A DNA stretch of 64,000 bases from Minisyncoccia bacterium (GTDB taxonomy: Bacteria > Patescibacteriota > Minisyncoccia > Phycocordibacterales > UBA9973): contig JBAQFC010000009.1 in the NCBI GenBank assembly GCA_049287045.1, forward strand, positions 946 through 64,945. Direction: 5' to 3'. Both the position numbers and the translations under genes were made by a program. The notes below the pieces were generated by a model that was not told the origin of the DNA, made no database searches, and saw only the letters and a list, made by a program, of their open reading frames with translations. Position 1 is the stretch's first letter. Every line of letters begins with the position of its first letter. Below, in pieces: positions 28,872 to 37,532 of the stretch.

Positions 28872-30120
28872 TAGCGAGAAGCTTTGTTAATTCAACTATT
28901 ATTCCTTGAGCAATAACATTGCCAGCAACTCCTTCAAATATAGTCTTTAGAGAAGTAAGGGTTGTTTTAATTTTTGATTGATTGGGTGTATCTTTATAAA
29001 TCTCCTTTTTTAATTCTATTGCTAGTGTTTCGATGTTTTCTTTTTCTTCTGTTCTAAGTTTTATTTTAGTAAGAAATTTTTGCATTTGACCGACTAGATC
29101 AATAACTTTTTCTTGAGAAAATCCATTTACTTGTTTAATAGAAACATACGCTTGGTCAGTAATACTTCCAATCGATCCTGCAAAATTTTCTATATGGCCA
29201 ATACTATATGATGATGATGATGTTTGTTGGACAAACATAGCAACAGAACCCTGTATATTTTTTAATGCTCTTTTAAGTTCAGAGACTGTAGTAATAATTC
29301 TTTTATCATCATTTTTTGTATTTGGGTCAAATATATATTCCATCAGTTCTATCGCTTCGGTAGTTTTTACAGGAAGTTCTTTTTTTATTTCGGGTAATGC
29401 TTTCTCAACTTCCTTTGTTTTTATTATTCTTGGCTCAAAAATAAAAGGTGAAGTAATAGTTTCAGAATCTACGTATACAGGTACATGATCAGAGATTTTT
29501 CCTAGAGAGATAGAACTATCCATAAGAACAGTCGCTCCATTTTTAAATATCTCACTGTCTGCAAGAATACTAAATTGATTTTGAACAGCTTGTCCGTATG
29601 CCAAAACTGTCGTTATGCTTTCTGACAACTTGATTACTTCGTTAGCTTTGATGTGGTATTCCGTAGCCAAACGAAGACTTGAAGTAACTGATGGGATGTT
29701 TATTCTATCTATCGCTTCTATAGTAAGTCTGCCGTGAGTTAGAGCTATAGCTGATGCCGATTCTATTGATTTGAGTAGCCCGTTATTTTCAGAAAATACT
29801 GATGCGACATTATTGACCCCAACCATAAAATTTCTGGCATCGCTGATAGTTTTTATTTTCATCTCCAAAAGATTTTCTCCTAGAGCATTTACTCCCAGTA
29901 CTCCTGCTTGTGTGGCGAGTGTGAGCGATTGATAATCACTCCTTGCGGTTATTCCTACTATATCTACAGTAGATGCTCCACAAGCCAGGTCCAAGGTACT
30001 CTTATAGCCAGTATTTACAAAACTATCAATAGACCTAGCAGTGCTTATATTCTTTGGGATTTTTATGACACTAGGGTCAGTTTCCTCATCGTTCTTCTTT
30101 TGTTCATTATTATCTGCCAT
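28864..30120 (-). CDS. Hypothetical protein (418 aa, no recognisable domain)
   Basis: long ORF with consistent codon usage. Confidence 0.45.
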   Translation of the reverse strand: MADNNEQKKNDEETDPSVIKIPKNISTARSIDSFVNTGYKSTLDLACGASTVDIVGITARSDYQSLTLATQAGVLGVNALGENLLEMKIKTISDARNFMVGVNNVASVFSENNGLLKSIESASAIALTHGRLTIEAIDRINIPSVTSSLRLATEYHIKANEVIKLSESITTVLAYGQAVQNQFSILADSEIFKNGATVLMDSSISLGKISDHVPVYVDSETITSPFIFEPRIIKTKEVEKALPEIKKELPVKTTEAIELMEYIFDPNTKNDDKRIITTVSELKRALKNIQGSVAMFVQQTSSSSYSIGHIENFAGSIGSITDQAYVSIKQVNGFSQEKVIDLVGQMQKFLTKIKLRTEEKENIETLAIELKKEIYKDTPNQSKIKTTLTSLKTIFEGVAGNVIAQGIIVELTKLLASH

Positions 30121-30230
30121 AGTAATTGTAATTTATGCTTAAAACATAGTGATTTTAGCATATTTTGCTTTGAAAATAAAGATTTTTTGTTATAGTTACA
30201 TTGTTTAGTCACAATAAAACACTTTTAACG

Positions 30231-30273
30231 TTTGATACGAAGTTGGAACCGTTTTATTGGAAAATAAGGATTA
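30231..30273. repeat. R1-related element copy F (gatacgaagttggaaccgttttattggaaaataaggattaa)
   Basis: shares ttggaac-N5-tt..t.g and aaaataagg with other copies. Confidence 0.45.
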
Positions 30274-30358
30274 ATTACCTTAAAATTTTTCTGTTTTAAT
30301 TTATCTGGTCATATTGAACTATCTTTTAGTTTTTATAAAAAAGAGTATACTTATAAAT

Positions 30359-30631
30359 ATGATTTATCTTATAACGTATGATTTAAATAAACCTGGAAAG
30401 GATTATAATTCTTTATATACAGCACTACGACAGTGTCAATACATAAGGGATACTGGATTAGATTCTGTCTGGTTTGTTTCTGTTGCGACATGGAATTCCA
30501 CACAAATTTATGAATATCTCCGTGTTCATCTTGATGTAAACGATAGACTTTTTATTACACAAATTACGCGTGGAACCAATTATGGCTGGATGAATAAAGA
30601 AGTCTGGGATTGGATTAACGCTCGTGTTTAA
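30359..30631 (+). CDS. VapD/Cas2-fold endoribonuclease-like protein (tentative)
   Basis: MIYLITYDLNKPGKDYNSLYTALRQCQYIRDTGLDSVWFVSV...NDRLFITQI aligns by eye with VapD (YALAFDL...DLRQEL...GSVYV...RDIRAFKV) and Cas2 (LVLVTYDV...SVFEC...DSLRIY); ORF track starts at 30314. Confidence 0.35.
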   Translation: MIYLITYDLNKPGKDYNSLYTALRQCQYIRDTGLDSVWFVSVATWNSTQIYEYLRVHLDVNDRLFITQITRGTNYGWMNKEVWDWINARV

Positions 30632-30640
30632 ATAAAAAAA

Positions 30641-31195
30641 TTAAACCATGTTGTAAGCAATTGTACGATAATCCATCACAAGAACATACGGTAATAGTTT
30701 GTATTTATCTTTAATTCTTTCATCTTTTGTAAGTATTGCTATTTTTTTCTTTTTATCTGTAAAATCATCCGCCATAACAAATATTGATATATCTCCAGAT
30801 TCTATTATAGGTTTTGCTTTATCAATTTGTTTACAAAAATCTATTTTAGATACTGAATATTCACTCATTCCTTCTAGTATCGGAAATACTTCTTCAACTA
30901 TGTCTTTGTAATCTAAACGATTATTATAATTTACTTCAAGATGGCGACATGTCTCAGTGAGAATATGTGGAGTAACGTAAAGCTTATTAAGATGTTGAGT
31001 TACATGTAGCAAATCAAATACAACATTAATTTGTTCGAATTCCGACAATATATCTAGTTTTTTTTTACTGATTCTTGTTTCAACTAAACCATTGATCAAT
31101 TCATAAAGAACACACGTGTCGATAATTATCCCATTTCTTAAAAAAGGTTCTATTGTTATACCGTAATCTTCTAGTCTTATATTATCTAAAGTCAT
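30641..31195 (-). CDS. PIN-domain (VapC-like) nuclease
   Basis: GIIIDTCVLYELI N-terminal PIN motif; start taken at MTLDNIRL (31195), 1 nt after stop of upstream ORF. Confidence 0.5.
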   Translation of the reverse strand: MTLDNIRLEDYGITIEPFLRNGIIIDTCVLYELINGLVETRISKKKLDILSEFEQINVVFDLLHVTQHLNKLYVTPHILTETCRHLEVNYNNRLDYKDIVEEVFPILEGMSEYSVSKIDFCKQIDKAKPIIESGDISIFVMADDFTDKKKKIAILTKDERIKDKYKLLPYVLVMDYRTIAYNMV

Positions 31196-31196
31196 T

Positions 31197-31559
31197 TTAA
31201 CTCTTCGAGAGTATTGGCGGTGTCGTTTTTTCTTCTGGGGTTGTGGCTGTATCAATTTTATTTTCAGCCCCTCCTTCTCCTTCTTCTGTAACAGTAAATT
31301 TTCTGTCAGGTTCATCTCCTCCAATTTTTTTTATAGACACTGTTTTATTTTCTGTATTTACTACTGCAATATATTTGCTAGGAGTTGGATTTCCTAGGTT
31401 CTCATAGAAACTGCAAGTTAAATTCCATATTTTAGAATCTGTACCTTCTACTGGAACTAGTTCCTCCACACTAAATTTTATTAAACCCAATTGTCCTTGG
31501 GCGCTAGAAAATGCAGCTCTTGCTAGTGTTATTGCTTCAACAGATAAAGAATCACTCAT
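31197..31559 (-). CDS. Hypothetical protein translationally coupled to PIN gene (possible cognate partner)
   Basis: 120 aa; stop codon abuts PIN start. Confidence 0.35.
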   Translation of the reverse strand: MSDSLSVEAITLARAAFSSAQGQLGLIKFSVEELVPVEGTDSKIWNLTCSFYENLGNPTPSKYIAVVNTENKTVSIKKIGGDEPDRKFTVTEEGEGGAENKIDTATTPEEKTTPPILSKS

Positions 31560-31647
31560 ACTTTTGATTATATCACATTATTATAATAATAAAATCCTTC
31601 AGTATTTTCCTTAATACATCCAGGAACAACGAACCTATTTCAAGTTT

Positions 31648-31665
31648 GCTGGGAGACATGGACTC
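31648..31665. repeat. 18-bp direct repeat of tRNA-Gln 3' end (gctgggagacatggactc): att-like
   Basis: identical 18-mer at 32050-32067. Confidence 0.6.
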
Positions 31666-31727
31666 CCTTCGGTAAACTCAGGGTTAACTCCATATCTAAA
31701 TCCAAATCTTATAGCACTTCAACATAC

Positions 31728-32015
31728 TCAGTGTAAGCCTTTCAGTTCTTCAAGACAAGTATTAATACCTAACTTACCATCAATGAGCATTTGCTTCTTT
31801 GTGCGACTCCATCTTTTTAATTGTTGTTCTCTTTTTGCTGCTAAATCCTTACTTTGATATTTTTCACAATATACAATTTTTATCTCAGAAAACTTTTTTG
31901 TAAAAAATGATTCTTTATTTATATGTTCAAACAACCTTCTTCTTAAATTATCAGTTATTCCGATGTAAAAAGTTTTCTGGTCGCAAAGAAGTATATAAGT
32001 AAAATGTTCTTTCAT
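31728..32015 (-). CDS. GIY-YIG nuclease family protein (UPF0213-like)
   Basis: FTYILLCDQKTFYIGITDNLRRRLFEH; ORF-track N-terminal extension is read-through of tRNA-Gln. Confidence 0.65.
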   Translation of the reverse strand: MKEHFTYILLCDQKTFYIGITDNLRRRLFEHINKESFFTKKFSEIKIVYCEKYQSKDLAAKREQQLKRWSRTKKQMLIDGKLGINTCLEELKGLH

Positions 32016-32050
32016 TATTACAAATCGTTTACACTGAGCCTGCCGAAGTG

Positions 32051-32121
32051 CTGGGAGACATGGACTCGAACCATGATTCACGGCTTCAAAGGCCGCTGTC
32101 CTACCATTAGACGATCTCCCA
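32051..32121 (-). tRNA. tRNA-Gln (anticodon UUG)
   Basis: Cloverleaf folded by hand: acceptor TGGGAGA/TCTCCCA, anticodon stem GCGGC/GCCGT, loop cuUUGaa, T-arm CATGG-TTCGAGT-CCATG. Confidence 0.8.
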
Positions 32122-32203
32122 ATGTTTTTTAAACTCTATTAGACTACCATTTAAATATGGTCTCCCAATATTCTTTTTAACGAGGTTAAAGCCCTCAAAC
32201 CTT

Positions 32204-33241
32204 CTAATCCTTACTTATTATCTCAATAAGTGCAAGTTCTAGGGGTAATTCTGACACAAATGCTCTATCTATGTTTTGGTACGCTTCGAGCAATACCGAA
32301 AGCTGTGTTGACCTGAGCATTCCTATCTTATCCTTTTTTACCAATTCTTTCAAGAAGTCCAAGTCGACAGTAGATAAAGACCCCATCATTTCTTCTTCAA
32401 GCTTGGGCGCGTATTTCAAAATAATCGCCATGCGGAATTTCTGAATGATGAGCTTCAAGTACAATTTCATATCCAAATTCTCACCTGAAGCTTTTTGCAC
32501 ACTCATAATTCCCTCTTCTAAATTTTTATCAGCAATTGCAGAAATAAAATTATTTACAAGAGTTGTTTTTGGCGCGCCGGTTATTTTCTCGACGTCTTCT
32601 CTATTCACCTTTTTACTTTTCGAGAAATTCAAAACTTTCTGCAAAGCTCCTTCGGTATCACGGAAAGATCCATCACCAAGTATTGCGATTAATTCTGCGG
32701 AACCAGCATCGAGCTCAAAACCTTCTTTCTTTGCAATATCTAAGATAACATTTTTCAAAATAACATCAGACGGTTTTCTGAAAGTAAAAACTTGGCAACG
32801 AGAAACAATTGTCTCAGGGACTTTGTGTAGTTCTGTCGTCGCTAAAATAAATATCACATGCGCTGGTGGTTCTTCTAAGGTTTTCAATAATGCACCCCAA
32901 GCATCTTTGGAAAGCATATGTACCTCGTCGATAATATATATTTTATATTTTGAATCAAAAGGAAGAACTCGCACTCCATCGCGCAGTATTCGAATATCCT
33001 CAATACCTCTGTTTGAAGCGGCATCTATCTCATATAAGTCATTTTCAGAAACTCCGATCTCTGCAGCAAAGATTCTGGCGACAGAAGTCTTGCCTGTACC
33101 GCGAGAACCTACAAAAAGGTACGCATGAGAGACCTTTCCAGTCTCAATAGAGCTTTCTAGCACTTTCACGATATGGTCTTGTCCTAGCACCTCCTTGAAG
33201 GTTTTAGGGCGATATTTACGATATAAAGCTAAGTCATGCAT
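32204..33241 (-). CDS. dnaX: DNA polymerase III subunit gamma/tau (short form)
   Basis: LYRKYRPKTFKEVLGQDHIV...HAYLFVGSRGTGKTS. Confidence 0.7.
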   Translation of the reverse strand: MHDLALYRKYRPKTFKEVLGQDHIVKVLESSIETGKVSHAYLFVGSRGTGKTSVARIFAAEIGVSENDLYEIDAASNRGIEDIRILRDGVRVLPFDSKYKIYIIDEVHMLSKDAWGALLKTLEEPPAHVIFILATTELHKVPETIVSRCQVFTFRKPSDVILKNVILDIAKKEGFELDAGSAELIAILGDGSFRDTEGALQKVLNFSKSKKVNREDVEKITGAPKTTLVNNFISAIADKNLEEGIMSVQKASGENLDMKLYLKLIIQKFRMAIILKYAPKLEEEMMGSLSTVDLDFLKELVKKDKIGMLRSTQLSVLLEAYQNIDRAFVSELPLELALIEIISKD

Positions 33242-33248
33242 AGCGAAA

Positions 33249-34316
33249 TTATACTCCTGATTGAATTAATTTCAAAGAATTTTTAAGGAACTCATTTACT
33301 ATCTTTTCTATCTGTTTAGCATTTTCTGCTTCCATAAGTTTTATACGCAATTCTTTCGCGCCTTCGAAACCATTACAGTAGGCTTTGTAATGTTTTTTCA
33401 TGATTGCAAAATTTTTATGTTTGCCTAAAGTTTTTTCAAAAAGTTTTGTGTGTTCTATTAGGACTTTTAATTTTTCTTTTATGGTTGGAATATGAACTTC
33501 ATCAAGGTCGGACCTTTTTAAATTCTTAAGATCCGACCTTTTTGGGGCAGAATCAAAAAGCCAAGGATTCCCAAAAATAGCTCGTCCGAGCATCGCTCCG
33601 TCACAACCACTTTTTTTAACTTTTTCTTTAGCATCAACTAAATTCAAAACATCACCATTACCGATGATTAAAGTATCTTTGTTTATTTTATTTCTTAGTT
33701 CGACAATTCTAGGCATCAAGTCCCAATGTGCAGGTACGAGAGACATTTCTTTGCGCGTACGCAGATGCACAGTCAAAGCTGCTAAATTTTCTTTTAGTAA
33801 TTCTGGAATCCAAGTTTCAATTTCATTTTTGTTGTAACCAATGCGAGTCTTTACGGATATTGACAATCCTCCACTGCCTTCTTTTGCGGCACGAATTATT
33901 TGTAATGCATGTTTCGGATCTTTGATTGATGCTGCACCAGAACCTTGTTTCTCGATAGTTTTATCTGGACAACCCATATTGATATCAATACCATCAAAAC
34001 CAAGCTTGGCACAAAGGGCTGCTGCTGAGCGAATATTGTCTGGATTGGATCCGAAAATCTGTGCAACTATCGGATGTTCATTTTTACTGAACTTCAAACC
34101 AATAACAAGCTTTTTGCGTGCTTCAGGATGAGCAAGGCCATCAGCTGAGACAAACTCAGTCCAAAACACATCTGGGCCACCACCGACCTTGCCATGACGT
34201 GAATATTTAGCGATTATTTGTCTAAAAGCACAGTCCGTGACATCTGCCATCGGAGCCAGACAAAAGAATGGCGCTTTTAATTCATTCCAGAAATTTTTAA
34301 CTTTTTTAGTTCTCAT
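33249..34316 (-). CDS. dus: tRNA-dihydrouridine synthase
   Basis: FCLAPMADVTDCAFRQI Dus signature. Confidence 0.8.
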   Translation of the reverse strand: MRTKKVKNFWNELKAPFFCLAPMADVTDCAFRQIIAKYSRHGKVGGGPDVFWTEFVSADGLAHPEARKKLVIGLKFSKNEHPIVAQIFGSNPDNIRSAAALCAKLGFDGIDINMGCPDKTIEKQGSGAASIKDPKHALQIIRAAKEGSGGLSISVKTRIGYNKNEIETWIPELLKENLAALTVHLRTRKEMSLVPAHWDLMPRIVELRNKINKDTLIIGNGDVLNLVDAKEKVKKSGCDGAMLGRAIFGNPWLFDSAPKRSDLKNLKRSDLDEVHIPTIKEKLKVLIEHTKLFEKTLGKHKNFAIMKKHYKAYCNGFEGAKELRIKLMEAENAKQIEKIVNEFLKNSLKLIQSGV

Positions 34317-35215
34317 TGGAATTTGTAATATACCTTATTACCAAACCTTAAATCAATATATAATAGTGACGAATATTTTTTTTGAAAATCAGATTTCAAA
34401 GGCTCCTCAGTTATGACTGCTTGTAAATTTTCTGCAATTCGATCAAAATCCGCGTCGGATTTAAAAATTATTTTAGGAGTATTCGGTAAAGCAGAGTTTA
34501 ATGAAAGATAAAGTTCCATATCACCATCAGATTTTACTAAAAGTGAAGACAATTTGAATCCCATTTTTTCGAGATTATTTTTGAATATTAAAATTTTTTC
34601 AAAAGTGTTTGGTATAAAATAAGACCCAGCTACACTTTCACTGTTAAGTTCAGTTTTACCAAAAAATTTAAAGTAAACATCACCAGAGAAATATGGTGCT
34701 TCGTCAAAAATATACCCACTTCCGTCCATAAAATAACATTGAGTTTCTTTAGGCATCATATTATTCACTTCAACTAAATCATCTACAGGTAAACTTTCTC
34801 CGCACCAAGTATATTTACTATCTCGCTCTACAATATCAATAACGAGGTTGTTAAAATTTTCTCGATTAATATCAAAAGATTTAATACGTGGAATACTAGA
34901 CAGAATTTTTTCTATTTTACTTTTTGAGTAAAAGAAAACATTGCGCTTAGAAAAAACGATAAATTTTTCGTTCAAGACACTCTCAATATTTTCTTTAAGA
35001 TTTTTAGGATCTAAAATATTGGCCCCACGTACTTCGACAGATTTTATCGAAAGAGCAGGTATTCTTGAAAGTAAATTCAAACCAACCAAAATAATTAAAA
35101 AACCTAAAATATAAAGAATTATTTTATTTCTTAAAACACGTTTTCTTTTTCTTTTAAGTTCATCGAGACGTGGAGAACTTAAAATATTCCGCTCTTTGGT
35201 ATGAAGCGTAGCCAT
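34313..35215 (-). CDS. FtsQ/DivIB-like cell division protein (TM + POTRA-like; tentative)
   Basis: single N-terminal TM then LSIKSVEVRGANILDPKNLKENI... POTRA-like pattern. Confidence 0.4.
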   Translation of the reverse strand: MATLHTKERNILSSPRLDELKRKRKRVLRNKIILYILGFLIILVGLNLLSRIPALSIKSVEVRGANILDPKNLKENIESVLNEKFIVFSKRNVFFYSKSKIEKILSSIPRIKSFDINRENFNNLVIDIVERDSKYTWCGESLPVDDLVEVNNMMPKETQCYFMDGSGYIFDEAPYFSGDVYFKFFGKTELNSESVAGSYFIPNTFEKILIFKNNLEKMGFKLSSLLVKSDGDMELYLSLNSALPNTPKIIFKSDADFDRIAENLQAVITEEPLKSDFQKKYSSLLYIDLRFGNKVYYKFQ

Positions 35216-35222
35216 TTTTTGT

Positions 35223-36488
35223 TTATTTTATAAACTCTCTATCACCCATATATCTCCTCAATACTTCTGGAATTTTTACAGTACCATCTGCTTGTTGGTA
35301 GTTTTCAATCAAAGAAACGAGGATTCTAGGAGTTGGAATAGCTGTGGAGTTCAATGAGTGCACATAATGCATTTTTCCTTCTTCGTCTTTATAACGAATA
35401 CCTAGACGACGAGTCTGGAAATCATGGAAATATGAAGCAGAACTGATCTCACGATACTTACCTTCTTTAGGAACCCAAAGTTCAACATCATATTTTTTAA
35501 CTGGTCCTGCACCCAAATCTCCTCCACAGTTTATAACTGTATGATATGGAATGCCGAGTGACTCGATAAATTCTTCGGTGTTTCTATTTATCTCGTCGTG
35601 TAGTTTTACAGAAAGTTGATGATCAGCTTCACAGAAAATAACTTGTTCTAGTTTGAAAAATTCATGGACACGAATAAGACCTTTCACATCTTTACCATGA
35701 CTTCCCGCTTCACGTCGGAAACATGGAGAAAAACCAAGGTATTTTATTGGGAAAGTACTTTTGTCTAAAACTTCTCCAGCATGCATACCCATAATAGGTA
35801 CTTCGGCTGTACCAGCAAGAGCATCTCCGTCCTGAGTCATATAAAAGTCGTCTACGTCACCTGGAAGATGTCCTGTACCGTATAGATTTTGTTTTCTCAC
35901 AATAACTGGAGGAATGATTGGAGAAAAACCACGATTACCAAAAAATTCCATCGCGTAATTCCAAATAGCAAAAGATAATCTAGCACCATCATTGGTCAAA
36001 AAATAACCACGGAAACCGTGTACCTTTGCTCCACGTTCAAAGTCACACATCTTTAATGCAGTCATTATTTCAACATGGTCTTTTGGTTCAAAATTAAAAA
36101 CTGTCTTCTCGCCCCAACTTTTTATTTCTTGGTTATCAGCATCAGACAATCCATCTGGTACAGACATATCTGGAACGTTCGGAACTTGAAGCATTAAAGT
36201 CTGCCATTCTTCAGTAATCTTTTTAAGATTTTCTTCTTTGGCCTTAATATCGTCTTTGACCAAACGCATCTCTTCAATCAACTGAATTTTTAGAGCTGGA
36301 TCTTGGTCACGAGCTATATCATTAGAAACTCTATTTACCTCACTTCTTAAATCTTCGACTTCTCTCAACACCTTTAGACGTTCGTCATCAAGTGTGACTA
36401 ATTTTTCAATATCAATATTAATAAGCTTCTTTTTAGCGCCTGCTTGCACTATATCTTTGTTTTCTCTTATAAATTTTATATCTAACAT
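35223..36488 (-). CDS. serS: Seryl-tRNA synthetase
   Basis: MLDIKFIRENKDIVQ... N-terminal coiled coil and class II core. Confidence 0.9.
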   Translation of the reverse strand: MLDIKFIRENKDIVQAGAKKKLINIDIEKLVTLDDERLKVLREVEDLRSEVNRVSNDIARDQDPALKIQLIEEMRLVKDDIKAKEENLKKITEEWQTLMLQVPNVPDMSVPDGLSDADNQEIKSWGEKTVFNFEPKDHVEIMTALKMCDFERGAKVHGFRGYFLTNDGARLSFAIWNYAMEFFGNRGFSPIIPPVIVRKQNLYGTGHLPGDVDDFYMTQDGDALAGTAEVPIMGMHAGEVLDKSTFPIKYLGFSPCFRREAGSHGKDVKGLIRVHEFFKLEQVIFCEADHQLSVKLHDEINRNTEEFIESLGIPYHTVINCGGDLGAGPVKKYDVELWVPKEGKYREISSASYFHDFQTRRLGIRYKDEEGKMHYVHSLNSTAIPTPRILVSLIENYQQADGTVKIPEVLRRYMGDREFIK

Positions 36489-36494
36489 GTTGAG

Positions 36495-36502
36495 ATTATA
36501 TA
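36495..36502 (-). promoter_or_regulatory. -10 box (TATATAAT) 6 nt upstream of serS ATG (leaderless-type)
   Basis: minus strand attaTATAATctcaacATG. Confidence 0.4.
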
Positions 36503-36645
36503 ATATTCTTATTATAATTACAAAGCTAGAAAATTACGAAGAATATATTTTATAAAACACACATATTTTCTTGCTAGAAAATTGCTATACTCGGCCCGTC
36601 GGCCTGTGTAATGTTTTCTAAAACATATTCTTCGTAATTTTCACT

Positions 36646-37506
36646 ATGCAAATAAAAAAACTACCAAAAAATAAATTTCCAAAAGGTCTTTTAGAAATTC
36701 CTCAGCCTCCGAAAGATCTTTGGATCGTGGGTGATCTACCAGATCAAGATCTTATACATTTATGTGTTGTCGGTTCTCGTAAATTTACTTCTTATGGACG
36801 TGAGACTTGTGAAAAATTAATTACCGGACTAAAAGGCTACCCAATAGCTATTGTTTCTGGTTTTGCAATGGGCATCGACACTATTGCTCACAAAAAAGCG
36901 ATGGAAGTAGGTCTCAAAACTATAGTTTTTCCTGGCTCAGGTCTTTCTAAAGAAGTGATGTATCCAAAATCAAATATTCAGATGATGGAAGAAGTCCTCA
37001 GAAATGACGGATGTTTAATTTCAGAATATGAACCAAGTTTCAGAGCAACACTTTGGACTTTTCCAAGACGCAACAGATTGATGGCAGGTATTTCTAAAGC
37101 AGTACTCGTAATAGAAGCGGAAGAAAAATCCGGTACCTTAATCACAGCTCGTCTCACAACAGAATACAATCGAGATTTACTCGCAGTACCAGGCTCAATT
37201 TATTCTTCGAACTCTAAAGGTACAAATAGACTAATACGCCAAGGTGCAACACCGATAACCTGCGTGGAAGATGTTTTAGAAGCACTTGGTTTCGAACAAG
37301 AAAAAGATGAAGAAAGACAAATGAAACTTTTTGCAGATACATCACCGGAAGAAAAAAAGGTTATAGCTTTATTGCGTGAACCAGTAGAACGTGATGAATT
37401 AGTGAGGACAATGAAAATGCAAACTTCCGCTGCTAATTCTCTACTTTCAATAATGGAAATAAAAGGATTAATAAAAGAAGAATTAGGAGAAATTCGACTT
37501 GCATAA
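36646..37506 (+). CDS. dprA: DNA processing protein DprA (SMF family)
   Basis: VVGSRKFTSYGRE...IVSGFAMGIDTIAHKKA. Confidence 0.8.
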   Translation: MQIKKLPKNKFPKGLLEIPQPPKDLWIVGDLPDQDLIHLCVVGSRKFTSYGRETCEKLITGLKGYPIAIVSGFAMGIDTIAHKKAMEVGLKTIVFPGSGLSKEVMYPKSNIQMMEEVLRNDGCLISEYEPSFRATLWTFPRRNRLMAGISKAVLVIEAEEKSGTLITARLTTEYNRDLLAVPGSIYSSNSKGTNRLIRQGATPITCVEDVLEALGFEQEKDEERQMKLFADTSPEEKKVIALLREPVERDELVRTMKMQTSAANSLLSIMEIKGLIKEELGEIRLA

Positions 37507-37532
37507 AACAAGGTTGAACCTTGTTTTAAATT

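Noticed and set aside
26013-30273. Sigma-54 promoter reading of TGGAAC-N5-TG in R1 cores
   Set aside because: GG to downstream element spacing is one nt short of the -24/-12 consensus, GC of the -12 element absent, elements lie on the strand opposite to the genes, and reduced genomes of this type usually lack rpoN
30314-31559. CRISPR-Cas interpretation of the Cas2-like ORF
   Set aside because: No Cas1, no other cas genes and no regularly spaced direct-repeat array in the window; a stand-alone VapD/Cas2-fold toxin is the more economical reading
32016-32081. N-terminal extension of GIY-YIG ORF
   Set aside because: Is a translation of the tRNA-Gln gene; the GIY-YIG domain starts at the internal Met
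32445-33150. Plus-strand ORFs (227, 61, 66 aa) inside dnaX
   Set aside because: Antisense to a well-supported gene; low-complexity Ser/Phe-rich translations
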